From the NCBI RefSeq assembly GCF_000281045.1, contig NW_008246087.1:541629-601237 (forward strand): a DNA stretch of 59,609 nucleotides, written 5' to 3'. Source of the stretch: Saprolegnia diclina VS20 (lineage: Eukaryota). Of this stretch, positions 12,559 through 25,158 are shown in pieces (the stretch's first letter is position 1; each line of letters begins with the position of its first letter). The position numbers were made by a program, and so were the translations under genes. The notes under the pieces were generated by a model. That model was not told the DNA's origin. It did no database searches and saw nothing but the letters and a program-made list of their open reading frames with translations.

Positions 12559-15500
12559 ATGCTGGAGCGCGAGGAACTCGGAGCGTACGCGCTTCCGCCA
12601 TGCAGCGACGAAGCCGTCGGCAGCGAGAGCGCGATCCTGGCGGACGAGGTACTATCCCTCCATGCGTCGGCGCATGGGACGTCGTTTGTCCTTGGGCTTC
12701 CCTCGGCCACGCACCTCTGCGACGAGGGCGAGGTCAAGCCGCTGCCGTTCTTGCCATCGACCGTCGCCACGAGCGCTGACGGCGCCACGGTCGTCGGGTG
12801 GCTCAACCCGAGCTGCGTCTCGGTCTACTACGAGGGGCGCGCGCTCATGTCCCGCGTCGTCGACATGCCCTCGACGCCATGGCGCACGTTCGTGTTGCGG
12901 TCGCGGGTCGTGGGCCCGCATCTCTTTGAGTTTGTGCTGCTCGTCGTCTGCGCCAAAGGCCACCTCGTGCACCTTCGCATCCAAAACAACGTCGAGCATT
13001 GCACCGAACTCGCCAACGTGACGCAGTGGCATCCTACGCTCACGAGCGGTGCGCTGGACGTTCCCGCCGGCCTCTTGGTGCTCGCCGGCGGCGTCCGCAG
13101 TGCGAGCGCCCACATGGCCCACGCGTCTAGTCTCAGTCTCTGGAAGCTCATCCTCGACGGCGAGCCCCGCGCCGAGCTCCAGGACTTTACAACCGTCCTC
13201 GGCGACGACGCATCGGTCGCACAGCTCGAGCTCGAAAGCAGCAGCACCGGCGGGTCGTCTGGGCTCTGGCGCTCGGCCAAGGCGCTCCTCGGGCTTCCGA
13301 CCGAGTCGGAGACATTGACGCAAGGCCATATCGCGACGCTTGCGATTTCACCGGACGGGCAGACCCTCGCGCTTACGGACCGCGTCGGCCGGCTCTCCCT
13401 TCGTCTGGTGCGCTTCCCTTGGACGCCTTCATCCATCTCAGTTCTGTGCTTAGGTCGACACGAGCGCGGTTCTGATTCCGTGGACGCTCATCGCCGACGC
13501 GCCGACGCGCAGCGTGTGCTGGTTTCGATCACACCTCGTGCTTGCTCAGAGCGATGGCACGCTGCATACGTGCACTTTCAACGCCGAGTCGACGGCCTTG
13601 GACACCATCCAAGTGGCTGCCGCGTCACCACTGCGCGTCACTGGCGTGGCTGTCGCGCCCCGCGATGCGAGCGGCTTCTTTTACGCGTCGCGCGCAATGT
13701 CGGGCGAGGTGCAGATGGCGTCGTTCGCCGAGCTGCCACTCGAGACCGTGTACGAACGGCGCATTTCGCTCGGGCTTTTCGACGAAGCACTGGCGTTGGC
13801 CAATGAACATGGGTCGCTGGACCGCGACCTCGTGCACAAGGCCGCCGCGGCGATCGAGCCCAACGTCGCTCTGCGCATTGACGCCCACCTCCGGCACATC
13901 TCGGACGTTGGATACGTGCAGCATCTCGTGGCCTCGACGCTCGAGGCGTCAGCCGCCGACTGCGCGGCGCTCTGGCGCTTTGGGCTGGATTTGGACCCGA
14001 CCTTTGGCGTGCTCGGCCGACTCCTCGACCTGCTCGAAACGTACCTTGCGCTGGTGCACGTCGAGACTGCGTCGCCGCCGGCCCCGGCGCTCGACCAGCT
14101 CTTGGCCAACGAGTCGCTCTCGCCGTTCTTTCATCCGTCGCTTCTCGAGGCCTTTCTGGACGCGACAATGTATGAGACCGCGCTCGCGCTCGCCAAAGAC
14201 GGTCGGGTGGCTGCTCTCAGCATGCTCTTGGAGCGCTATGGCTACGAGCTCTTGCCCGATCGGTTGGCGCTGCTGAGCGCCCTCCCGCTCACGCTGGATC
14301 CTGTCGAGTACGCACACCTCTTGCCGTGTGTAGTGTCGCACGGCGTCGACGCGTACTACACGTGGCAGCATGGTAGCCCACCTCGCGTGCAATTTCATGA
14401 GCTCATTGGACGTAGGGGCGGCGCGAATGGCGACGTTGCGGCCGATCCCTGGTGTGCCCATGGACGAGAACGAGTGGGCGACGCATGTCGAGCCGCTACC
14501 AGCGCAAGCCAATGCGATTGCCGCTTGGGTGTCGGACCGCGCGGTGGCCATCGAGACGCAGTTTGGCCAGCTCGAGAGTGCAAAGGAGCTCTTGGACCTT
14601 GGTTTGCTCTGCCTTGGCGAGGACCCTGGTATGTTTCTACTATGTACTTGACGACAAGATCTTATGGATGACGCTCTAGCCCGAGATGACGTGGCCGTCT
14701 TGCAAGGTCACGTCGCGACGTTTGCTGCGTATGTATACGACTGCTGTGTCGACGTGCCGCTCGAGTGGACGCTCACGCATTGGCTCACGCTCTCGGATGC
14801 GGAGAAGCTGTCGCCGCTCGTGTCGCAGCCGGTCGACGTCGCGGCCGACGTGTTGGCCCGAGGGCTCTTTTCCGAAGCGCAGCTCGTCAAGTTCCTGTCC
14901 GGCCTCTCGATGGACGACGTTGTGCACTTCAAGTACGTGGCCGAGATGGTCCAGCGCAGCTGCCCCCGTCGGTCGGACCGCATTCTCAAGACGGACAGTT
15001 TGCTGCTCGAGACGGCGCTCGCCGCTTGCTTTGGCTTTACGCTCGCCGGCCGGGACGCGCCGACCGAGTTTATCGAGTTGGCGTGGGCCATCTTCGAGTC
15101 GTTGCCAGCGCAGGCTCCCTCTGGTGACGCACTCCTGACCGAGCTCATGGCACAGGTACCTACTTTGGTCTTTTGATTCATTGAGGTCAACTCTCGGTGT
15201 AGGTCGATGAGCTACAGGCGCTCATGGATGGTATGGAGCGCTGTGCAGCGTACGGTCTTCACTACAGTCCGCAAGAGCTGCAGACGCGCGCGCAGGACGT
15301 CGCCTTTGCCACCGAGACGCTGACGCATCTCGGTGCGGTTGCCAATGACGCTGTGACGGTCGTCAAGGACGCGGTGGACCTCGTCGACTTGGTGTTTCCG
15401 ATTGTGTCGCAGGACGACGCGACGTCTCTCGTGCTCGGCGCGCTCTTGAGCCAGCCCAATGCGGACGCGGCGCCGGCACTGCGCGCGCTCTTGCCGTCCA

Positions 15501-18500
15501 ATGCCTCCGAGATGATCGTGGCCGCCGCGACTGCGCACGTGCAGCGGGCCAACGGCGCGACGTCGCCAAGCCTCCAGCCGGCGCGTACCCTCCTCTCGTG
15601 GGTCGACGCGCCCGCCGCCAACGCGCTCCAAGGTGTCTTGGACGCCGCCGACGCGATGGAAACCTGGGGACACGTGTCGATCGCACCGCGCGACCTCCTT
15701 TGCGAATCCTCTTTGGATCGGCTGGCTCGGATCCAGCGGCTCTTGAGCCTGTACCCGGACAGCGGCGCCGCGACGCACGTCGACGACCTTGTTCGCTGGC
15801 TGGCTCTCGAGGCGCACGCGGTGCAGATCCGCGTGTGGGCGACCTACGCGCTGCTTTCGACCCGGAACTTTGCTTCGGCCATGCACGAGGCCGCACGCTT
15901 GCTCGAGGCCCTGCCGACCGCCGACGCCGACCTCTCGATGGTGTTCTCGCTCCTCTTGGACGTTGTGAGCTGCAGCAGCTGCGTCGATTGGGCAGCGCGG
16001 GCTCACTTAGCGTCCCAAGCGCTGGTGCATGTCACAGATCCGACGTTTTGGTCGGTGCTCCTCGGGTGGCAGACCAAGCTCGCAGCCCTGGACCGGGCCG
16101 CGACACTTCTCGACCTCTCGCCTCGCGATCGGGAAGCGTTTGCCGACGAGCGCCACGTGTCCGAGCACACGTGGCTGCTCGACCAGCTCAGCGTCTATCA
16201 AGAGATCGTCGTCGATCAGCCTGAAGCAGTGCTGCGCGCGTACCAAGTGGCGCTCTCGCTGGAAGCGGCCTTTGCCGAGGCTGGACCCTCGAGTTTGGCC
16301 AAGACGAACGTGGCGCGCGCGAGTCTCGACGCCTTGACGCCCAATGGCGACGCGTCGCTCGCGTTGGCGTACTTGGCCGACGTGTCGCCCGAGACGCGCC
16401 ATGGTCTCTGGCTCGCGCGTTTTGAGCGCGCCGCCAGCGATCGCGAGACGCAGGCGTGGATAGCGACCTTGGCGTCCACGTCGCTGGACGGCACCATCTT
16501 TGCGGATGCATTTGTGTCTCTCGAAGCGGCGTCTGTGCACGAAGCGACGCTCGACCGGCTCGCGGCCGTCGAGCGTATCGACCGCCCACGCTTCGACAGC
16601 GACGAGCCGTATCGGTACGCGATGCTCTCGGCTGTCGCGCGCGCAGACCCCGCGCTGCTCACCGACGCCTACATGGTGGCCGACGCGTTCGGCATGGACC
16701 ACTGGCAGCTCAACGCGTCGTTTCTTGAAGCGCTCTTGGTCTCGTCCGATGTGCGCGAGGTGGAGCTCAAGAAGGTGCATCTCCCGCTGCCGTTCCGCGA
16801 CCAAACGACGACCGTGCTTTCCTTTGCGTTGACAAAGCCGTCCGCTCTTGTCGCGCGCCTGCTGAAACACACGTACGCGCAAGTCGACGCCAAGGACCTC
16901 GTGTCGCTTGAGTTTGTGTGGCGCCTCGTCTCGCTCGCATGGCAGCAAGAGCCGACGATTTCGCTGCCGTTGCCGATCGAGCGCGTCAAGCTCCTAATCG
17001 CGTGCGCCAAGGAGCTCCGAAAGCTGCGCGTCACCGTCGACTTCAAGGCGTTTGCGTGCTTCGAGAAGAGTCTCGACATGAAGGCGCAGGCAGCCTCGGC
17101 CGTCCAGGCGATCTTGCCGATCCTCACGGGCCAAAACATTCGGCTCGTCACGAGCATGCTCAAGCGCGTGCATGGTATTGCGACCAGCAGCGTCGTCTTG
17201 ATCTACCTCGACACAGTGCTGGCCAAGTCCAAGGCCGACGTGGCGCTCGCGTACGAGTCGTGTGTCCCGTTCGCGTCCGGTCTCTCGACCGAGCATGTGC
17301 TCACGTTTCTGCATTTGCTGCTGGATCCGACGCGGTCGCTCGCGCTGTTTGGCCACGAGTTTGAGACACCGCATGAGGTCGCGCCGCATGTGCTGCCGCG
17401 CAAGCGCGTCGAGATCCTCGAAGACACGTATGCGCTTCTGAGTGCGCGCCCCGACAAGCAAAAAGGCTTGGCGCTCTTCGAAGCCCAAGCGCCGTTCGTG
17501 GTGCTCACGGCGCTCTTGAGTGCGTGGGAGATCGCCGTCGACGTGGCGTTTCCGCTACCGGATGCAAAGGCGCTGCCCGCGACGCGCTGGCTCAACGCAC
17601 CATTGTCGCTTGCCCAGTGCCATGTTGTGCTGACGCTGTTGGCGCGCCTTGGGCTCGATGCGGACGCTGTCTGGACGACGAGTATTGACGCGGCGCTTCA
17701 CGACTTGTCGCTCGACGCCCTCACCGCCTACTGCCAAGCCAAGTGGGCGCAGAACACCGAGACGAACGCTCAGTGGGTCGCACGCGTCCGGCTGCCCGGC
17801 TTCAAGACGCTTCCGCTCGACGCCGTGGCGCCAACGGAAGCGAAATGGCTCGAGCGGGTGCAGGCCTGCGTCAAGACCTCGCCGCGCGCCCACGACCTCC
17901 TGCGTGTGCTGACGGCGAATGTGCCGCCGGCCAAGCTGCGCTCGGTCGACTTGTCGGCGATGCAAGCGGCCGCGTCGATCGTGTCGACCTTGCGCAGCGT
18001 CGGCGACGACGAAAGCTACGCAGCGCACGAAGCAAAAGTGATGCACGACGTTGGTCCGCTCTTTGCCCATGCGCTGCACGCCCTCCCCGAGACGGTAGCT
18101 GCCAACGAAGCGCTTGCGTGGGTGCTGCAGCAGTGGCAAGCGTACCACCAAGTCACGTCGGCGCGGTCCTGGGTAGCTGCTCGCGACGCTGCGATCGTTG
18201 CCCGCCTTGGCCTTGCCGAGACGACGCCGCTCGACGATGCGCAAGAAGAACTCAATGTCGCGCCGCTCTGGCAACAGCTCTACGCCCGGAATGGGTGGAC
18301 CGTGCCGGCGCTCACTGCGCTGCTGCAGAGTGACGCAGTGGCGTATGCGAGCTTGCGCCAAGACGACGCCGAGGCACTCCAGCGCGCTTTGCCGATGGGT
18401 CGGCTCGCCCTCGGGCTCTTGTCGCCATATGCCTCGATCCACGCACTGCTGTGGACCGAGCTCACTGCGTCGACACTTGCGCCCTCGTCGCTCCTCGAGA

Positions 18501-18838
18501 CGCAGCTGGTGCTGCTGCGCTTTGAGGCGTGGATGGAGCTTCCGTCCGTGCTGCATCAAGTGCTTGCGGCCAACCGGAGCGCCTCGAAATCGGAGCTCTG
18601 GCTCTCGAGCAGCATGGCGTTTGTCGTGCTCGCATTCTTGCGGCGGCGCGACTATGTGAGCGCGAGCCGCGCCATGAGTAGTTTTGCCAACCTGCACCCG
18701 CTTCTGCGCAACGACCTCGACGCGGGCCTCCACGTGGCGCGCAACTATGTGCGCGCGACCAAAGGCGACGATGTCCCGATGGCGTGGCAGCGTCATTGGC
18801 CCGCTCTTGTCACCCAACTCGAAGCCGCGCTGCCCTAA
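12559..18838 (+). CDS. NBAS: NBAS/Sec39/MIP2-like ER tethering protein (multi-exon, ~2000 aa)
   Basis: Beta-propeller-like N-terminus. Sec39-like ALAKDGRVAALSMLLERYGYELLPDRLALLSALPLTLDPVEYAHLLP, RAVAIETQFGQLESA, and C-terminal IDRPRFDSDEPYR. Confidence 0.75.
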
Positions 18839-18990
18839 TCCTGTAATACGTACTAGTAGTAGTGTAATCGGTGCACGATGATCGGCACGCGCCAACGAAG
18901 CCTCGATGCTTTTCGAACCCCAGCGTTTCGACGGCAAACTTTCAACGACACGTGACCTAACGCTACTGCACCCAGTCGAAGGCCAGGCGG

Positions 18991-19298
18991 TGAGTCATCC
19001 ATTCACCCCACGCATCGAACGTCGAGGCTTTGTATGGTCCATGCACCGTGACGACGGCCGTGTAGAGACATTGCTGCGCTGGCGAGCGCGGCTCCACCTG
19101 GGTTGAAGCCACCAGCTGTTGGACCTCTCACAATGCATAACTTGCAGCATATTGTGCATGAGTCACACCATTACCTATACATCTACCCTTTTCAAAACCC
19201 TTTAAACATGATAACCTGCCGCATACACCGATGCGAGGAAAGGGATGACTCTCGTCCTCCTTGCGACACGGTGGCGGCGGCCTTTTTTCGCTGAGTCA
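18991..19298. promoter_or_regulatory. Three TGAGTCA AP-1/GCN4-type sites upstream of MFS copy 1
   Basis: TGAGTCA at 18991, 19159 and 19292. Confidence 0.55.
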
Positions 19299-19503
19299 GT
19301 TTCTGGCCAACCACAGCGAGCGTCCTTTCTGAGCCATGCAAATGCATCTTATTGCATACAAATCACAAGATACTCTAAGACGGAGTTCAACCAGCTACAA
19401 ACGCAAAGTGCAAAGTGAATCTTTGTATGCAAAGTGGGCGCGCACCGAGCTCCGGTGTCGCGTCGGCGCCTCTTCATCACTTTCACTTGCACCGTCAAGT
19501 CCC

Positions 19504-21012
19504 ATGGCTGCCAGCAACGTCGCCGCCATCGCCAAGCGCCTCGACAGTCTGCCGCTGACGGGCCTCCTCGGCATCTCGGCCTACTACTGGGGCCTCCTCC
19601 TCAAGACGGGCGTCGGCTGGGGCATGGACTCGCTCGACACGTTCCTCTTCACGTACCTCGGCGCGAAAGGCTGGCAAAAGTCCATCGTCAACTACGACCT
19701 CGAGACCAAGATCATGACGCCGCTCAACGGGCACCAGCTCGGGCTCCTCGGGTCGGCCTCGTTTGCCGGCTCGTTCTTTGGCGCGCTCCTCTTTGGCCAG
19801 CTCGCCGATGTGTTTGGCCGCAAGCCCATGTTTATGATGACGCTGCTCTTCTTCATGACCGCGACGCTCATCTGCGGTGCGGCCGACAGCTACGGCATGC
19901 TCCTCTCGTTTCGCTTCCTCGCCGGCATCGGTCTCGGCGGCGAACTGCCTGTCGCGTCGTCGCTCGTCCAAGAGCTCACGCCCGCGCCGGTCCGCGGCCG
20001 CATCATCGTGCTCCTCGAATCCTTCTGGTCGATCGGCTCCATGGGCGCTGTCCTCATGGCGTTTGAGCTCATCAAGGTCGTTTCGTGGCGGTCGGTCTTC
20101 TACCTCTCGGCGGTCCCGGCCGTCTATGCGATTGCGATTCGCATCATGATCCCCGAGTCGCCCAAGTGGCTTGCGAACGTCGGGCGAATGGACGAAGCCG
20201 AGGCGATCGTCGCCAAGATCGAGCGTGCCCACGGCGTCGTCTACGACAAGGAGGGCGAGGCCGCCAAGGTCGAAGCCGATGAGCCCGTCACCGGTATGGA
20301 CGTGCGCGGGCTCACGCAGCTCGAGCGCGTGGGGCTCATGTTCCGCGGCGAGTTTCTCTCGCGGACGCTTGTGCTCTGGGTCGTTTGGATCTGCCTCGCG
20401 TTTTCCTACTATGCGATTTACGTCTGGCTGCCCACGCTCCGCTCGAAAGAAAAGGGCGGCTTCAACCTCAACGGCTCGACAGGCACGATGATTTTCATCA
20501 TCTTTTGGCAGTTCCCGGGCTACTTCTCTGCTGCGTACCTCGTCGAGATCATTGGCCGCAAGCTCACGCTCGTCATCTACCTCGTCGGGTCGTTCATCGC
20601 GGCCATGGCCTTTGGCTACGTCGACAACACGCAGACAAACCTCATGATCACCGGTGCGTTCATGTCGTGGTTCATGCTTGGCGCGTGGGGCTCGCTCTAC
20701 GCGTACACACCCGAGAACTACCCGACGCCGATCCGCGCCATGGGCGCGTCGTACCCGGTCGCGGTCTGCCGCATTGGCTCGATTGCCGGCCCGTACATTG
20801 TGCCCATCATGATTGAGAACAACTGGTCGAGCAAGTCGATCATGTGGGTGTGTGCGAGCTGCCTCCTTGTCGCGTCCATTGTGCTCCTCGTCTTTGGCTT
20901 CGAGTCGCGCGGCCAGAACGTCGAGTCGGCGCCGATCGTCGAAGCCTACTTGTTGGAGAAGGCCAAGGGCGAAACCGGCCCGATCCTCACGCCGCAGTTT
21001 GACGAAGCCTAG
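19504..21012 (+). CDS. MFS transporter, NiaP/YceI-SV2 family, copy 1 (intronless)
   Basis: GWGMDSLD, FGQLADVFGRK, GLGGELPVASSLVQE, RGRIIVLLESFW, QFPGYFSAAYLVE, LGAWGSLYAYTPENYPT; about 12 TM segments. Confidence 0.9.
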   Translation: MAASNVAAIAKRLDSLPLTGLLGISAYYWGLLLKTGVGWGMDSLDTFLFTYLGAKGWQKSIVNYDLETKIMTPLNGHQLGLLGSASFAGSFFGALLFGQLADVFGRKPMFMMTLLFFMTATLICGAADSYGMLLSFRFLAGIGLGGELPVASSLVQELTPAPVRGRIIVLLESFWSIGSMGAVLMAFELIKVVSWRSVFYLSAVPAVYAIAIRIMIPESPKWLANVGRMDEAEAIVAKIERAHGVVYDKEGEAAKVEADEPVTGMDVRGLTQLERVGLMFRGEFLSRTLVLWVVWICLAFSYYAIYVWLPTLRSKEKGGFNLNGSTGTMIFIIFWQFPGYFSAAYLVEIIGRKLTLVIYLVGSFIAAMAFGYVDNTQTNLMITGAFMSWFMLGAWGSLYAYTPENYPTPIRAMGASYPVAVCRIGSIAGPYIVPIMIENNWSSKSIMWVCASCLLVASIVLLVFGFESRGQNVESAPIVEAYLLEKAKGETGPILTPQFDEA

Positions 21013-21318
21013 AGCTCCATGTCGTAGATAGATGTACAGCCAGCAATGACCAATATAGAAGCGTTTTAAGTTACCAAATTTCCTTGTGCGAGCAAGCTGG
21101 ACTCGAGCTATGACAAGCGACCGGACGTAGAGAACGGAGCGGCTATCACCTCGAGCGGTCACGAGTAGCTAGCAGCACTCGGTACAACACGCGTTAACTG
21201 GTGCCTTGCAAGCCTTGCGTCATGGGTGCGTTCTTGGTTGCGATCGTCAGCGGCATGACCGTCGCGCCGGCCGCAACGTCTGTTGCACATCGTTCTTCTT
21301 CCTCCTTCGGCGACCGAG

Positions 21319-22184
21319 TGAGTCATTGCAGTGCGACAACCAGGTGCCAACCTCGTGCCGATCGCCGGCTGCACCCAGCGATTGTGACAACCTGCCTTGC
21401 TGTCGCTCCAAGCACTTGGAACTTGGCGCGTGCTGTCGCCGGCGTTGGAATGACTGGCGAGAGAAGAAAAGACAGAGAAGGAGATCCCTCTGCTTCAAGA
21501 AGTGCACTCGTCCTGTCTACCCAGGGCACGCGCACGCCATCGCATTGGCGCGTGTCATTGGCTCCCGTCGGCGGTTGGCTGCGATCTCTTGCACCCATTC
21601 TTGAAGTGCAAAGTGGGACGCACCTCTGATGACTCAGCAGATGACTCACGTCCGCGATCGCCGACCCGCTCTCGACCCGCTCCCGAGGCATCTATCTCTG
21701 CACAGAGAAGCCTTGAACGTCTGCGCCGTCCAAGCTGACCTTGGTTTGACGATACTACCAAGCAAGCACTTCAAGTTTCGCGTCCATATCTGCCCATCCC
21801 CATGCGCCGTGTGTAATGGTCCACTTCGATGCGCCATCAAGCTGTGGGCAGGAACGCCATACGCCGGTGCACTGCGTATCTCGTCGTTGCTGGCAGCCAA
21901 AGACGCCCGCGGATGCGCCTGTAAATCTTGTCGGCAGTCCTTGCACAAGGAGTGTCTACTGTCTGTCCTTAGCGCGCGGTCGCTTGCCTCGCGACAGGCG
22001 GCCGATAGAACGTGACGACGTCACAGACCTCTATAAATGAATACCCGTCACGATATAATGTGATGACTCATCGGCTCTATACAAACTGACATTTCAAGTA
22101 CCTCTAAGAATGCATACTGGTCATCGCGCCAGTGGGACTTCAAGAAAGGCGTGGACCTCGTTCGGAGTTCATTGTGCAATTTGC
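21319..22184. promoter_or_regulatory. Four TGA(C/G)TCA sites plus an INR/FPR core promoter upstream of MFS copy 2
   Basis: Sites at 21319, 21630, 21642 and 22064 (GATGACTCATC palindrome); TCATTGTGCAATTTGC at 22169-22184. Confidence 0.6.
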
Positions 22185-22196
22185 TTTGAACCGACC

Positions 22197-23693
22197 ATGT
22201 CGAGCAACCTCCAAGTCATCTCGCACCGCCTCGACAGCCTCCCGATCCGCGGCTTCCTCGGCGTCTCGAGCTACTACTGGGGCCTCCTCCTCAAGACGGG
22301 CGTCGGCTGGGCGATGGACTCGATGGACACCTTCCTCTTTACGTACGCCATTAGCCACTGGTCCAAGGACATTGTCAACTACGATATCGAGACCAAGACG
22401 ATGACGCCGCTCAGTGGTCGCCAGAAGGGCCTTCTCGGCTCGGCGGCTTTTGCCGGCTCGCTCTGCGGTGCCATCATGTTTGGCCAAATGGCCGACCACT
22501 ACGGCCGCAAGCCCATGTTCATGGCCACGCTGCTCGTCTTCCTCGTTGCGACGCTCATCTGCGGTGCCGCCGACAGCTACGGCATGATGCTCTCGTTCCG
22601 CTTCATTGCCGGCTTTGGTCTCGGTGGTGAGCTGCCCGTCGCCGCCGCCTTGGTGCAGGAGCTCACGCCGACGGCGGTCCGCGGTCGCATCATTGTGCTC
22701 CTCGAGTCGTTTTGGTCGATTGGCTGCATGATTGCGGTGCTGCTCGCGATCGAGCTCACCAAGCACGTATCGTGGCGCGCCGTGTTTTATATCTCGGCGA
22801 TCCCGGCCGTGTACGCGGTCGCGATCCGGTTCATCATCCCCGAGTCGCCCAAGTGGCTGGCGACCGTCGGCCGCATGGACGAGGCCGAGGCGATCGTCGC
22901 CAAGATTGAGCGCGCCCACGGTGTGACGTACGACAAGGAGGGCGAGGCCGCCAAGGTCGAGCCGCTCGTGTCGGAGCGCAACACGACCTTTGACGTCAAT
23001 GGCCTCAAGCCGTACGAGCGTGTCGCGCTCATGTTCCGCGGTGAGTTCCTCGCGCGGACGCTCGTGCTCTGGGTCGTCTGGATCTGCATTTCGTTTTCGT
23101 ACTATGCGATTTACGTCTGGCTGCCGGTGCTGCGCTCCAAGGAGCCCGGTGGCTTCAACCTCAACGGCGCGACCGGCACCATGTTCTTCATCATCTTCTG
23201 GCAGCTCCCGGGCTACATCTCGGCCGCGTACCTCGTCGAGATCATTGGCCGCAAGAAGACGCTCGCCATCTTCCTCGTCGGCGCGTGCGTCTCGGCGCTC
23301 GCGTTTGGCTACGTCAAGAACACGCAGGCCAATTTGATGATCACCGGTGCGTTCATGTCGTGGTTCATGCTCGGCGCGTGGGGCTCGCTCTATGCGTACA
23401 CGCCCGAGAACTACCCGACCCCGATCCGCGCCATGGGTGCGTCGTACCCGTCGGCCTTTAGCCGCATCGGCGCCATTGCTGGCCCGTATGTGGTGCCCAT
23501 TATGATTGAGAACAACTGTACGAGCGAGACCATCATGTGGGTCTGCACGGGCGTGCTCATGTTTGCGGTCGTCATCCTCGTCGTCTTTGGCTTTGAGACG
23601 CAGGGCCAAGACGTCGAAACGGCGCCCAAGGTCGAGGCCTTCTTGGCCGAGCGCCGCGGCGAAGGCGTCCAGACGCCGGTGCGCGAGTACTGA
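22197..23693 (+). CDS. MFS transporter, NiaP/YceI-SV2 family, copy 2 (intronless)
   Basis: Same motifs as copy 1 (GLGGELPVA, RIIVLLESFW, QLPGYISAAYLVE, GAWGSLYAYTPE). Confidence 0.9.
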   Translation: MSSNLQVISHRLDSLPIRGFLGVSSYYWGLLLKTGVGWAMDSMDTFLFTYAISHWSKDIVNYDIETKTMTPLSGRQKGLLGSAAFAGSLCGAIMFGQMADHYGRKPMFMATLLVFLVATLICGAADSYGMMLSFRFIAGFGLGGELPVAAALVQELTPTAVRGRIIVLLESFWSIGCMIAVLLAIELTKHVSWRAVFYISAIPAVYAVAIRFIIPESPKWLATVGRMDEAEAIVAKIERAHGVTYDKEGEAAKVEPLVSERNTTFDVNGLKPYERVALMFRGEFLARTLVLWVVWICISFSYYAIYVWLPVLRSKEPGGFNLNGATGTMFFIIFWQLPGYISAAYLVEIIGRKKTLAIFLVGACVSALAFGYVKNTQANLMITGAFMSWFMLGAWGSLYAYTPENYPTPIRAMGASYPSAFSRIGAIAGPYVVPIMIENNCTSETIMWVCTGVLMFAVVILVVFGFETQGQDVETAPKVEAFLAERRGEGVQTPVREY

Positions 23694-24485
23694 TGTCTCT
23701 ATCTATAATGCAGTCTTGTCGTTTGGTCTTCTTTCACACGGAACTGGTTTTTGGCGGGTGGACTTTCGACTCGGAGCGTGTTGTGCTGGACGGCGGCAGC
23801 GGCGAGGTTTAGCCGCGTTGATGGCGAGGCGTATGGAAGGCGCAAGCCGAGACGAAGCCAGGCGGCGAAGCTTGGGTCTTCAGCAGCAGTAGTAAAGATG
23901 TAGCTTCGTCAAGAACGCAGCGCAGGTAGCGGCCGCTTCGAGCGTCACGACGGGCGCCTCGGGACGGAAGTCGGGCGAGCCAGACAGTGTACAGCGCGCA
24001 GGCTCGTAGACCGGCCACACCATGTCGACCACGCGTCGGTGGTCACCAGTGGGTCAAACAAGAGCGCGTACCGCGTCGTGGGGAGGTCCACTTCCAGCGC
24101 ATCGACGAGAAGCCGAAAGACGGACCAGACCGCATGACAAATTAGAAGCGGAGCAGTACGTCTCGGGAGCCAACAGGTCTTCACCCGGAAGTAGAGCCGG
24201 GTGTGGACTGCGACGGCGCGGTACATGGAGTCAGCGTAGCGCGGCAGGATGTGGGCTGACGGCACTCGGCGGCAGCGGATAAAGTGATTGGAGAATGAGG
24301 CTATTGATACCTCTGCCATGTGAGCTAACTCCGCTTGGTGCGAGTAGTACGTCGTACAAGAATGATACTTTTACGAGGCTCTACATAGCCGTGTTGCCTC
24401 GACCAGCAGTGCCGATCCCGGTCAAGCCAACCACTCGCTATTCGATGGGCGACCTTGAAGGCGGCGTCTCGGCACTTCGACTCGG

Positions 24486-25148
24486 TGAGTCATTGGACTA
24501 TTCGTTTAACAGCCGCATCTGTCCATCAAAGAACGAGAGTGCTGGTGCTGGTGCTCAGCACTGAGGTCAGCAGAGCGATCCAGCCGCGGGCAAAAAACCT
24601 GCTGCGGTGGAATGGCTCATTTGTTTCGAAGCATCTCTTGCGGCCTAGCCCGAAATCAACTACGTGAGGACCAAGGCAGATAGCTGCATGGCCGAGCAAG
24701 ATGGCAACCGAGTGGAGGCTTGGTCCTGGGGAGCTGCACCTCCGTGTCGCACCCGCGAGTATCTCGGAGCTCGGCGCTCGGTGCTCGGCTTTTGGTGCGC
24801 CGATCACGCGACCTGCGCGTCACTCACAGTGTGAGCAGCGTATGATCGCATCGCAGCGTGCCAGTGAGGCGACTGGCGCGCTTCAACTTTGCGTCGGCTC
24901 ATTGCACGCGGGCCGAGGTGGTGAGCGGTGCATGTCGGTGAGTGGCGCCAGAAGTACCCTACCCCGGCAAAACCTTTCACATTGCATACCTTCTAGCATT
25001 GGATTGGATGACTCATCGGGTATACAGCTTGCTGCGTTGACAAAAACCTGTCACAATACATAAAGAGAGCCAACGCATAGTGCACATCGAATCCCGACGC
25101 ACGTACACAAGCGTAGTGATCGCCCGCAGTCTCACTTTGGCTTTTGCT
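24486..25148. promoter_or_regulatory. Two TGA(C/G)TCA sites plus an INR/FPR-like element upstream of MFS copy 3
   Basis: Sites at 24486 and 25009 (GATGACTCATCGG, identical to the site before copy 2); CTCACTTTGGCTTTTGC at ~25131. Confidence 0.55.
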
Positions 25149-25158
25149 CTCGAGCACC

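Noticed and set aside
19495..23609. Long antisense ORFs (555 and 489 aa) over the MFS genes, and similar shadow ORFs over SAHH, fibrillarin and NBAS
   Set aside because: Expected by-product of strong C/G third-position bias; no recognisable domains.
23700..24900. Leu-rich ORF fragments between MFS copies 2 and 3; similar fragments at 46500-47300
   Set aside because: Possibly decayed lineage-specific genes, but no coherent frame or motif could be supported.
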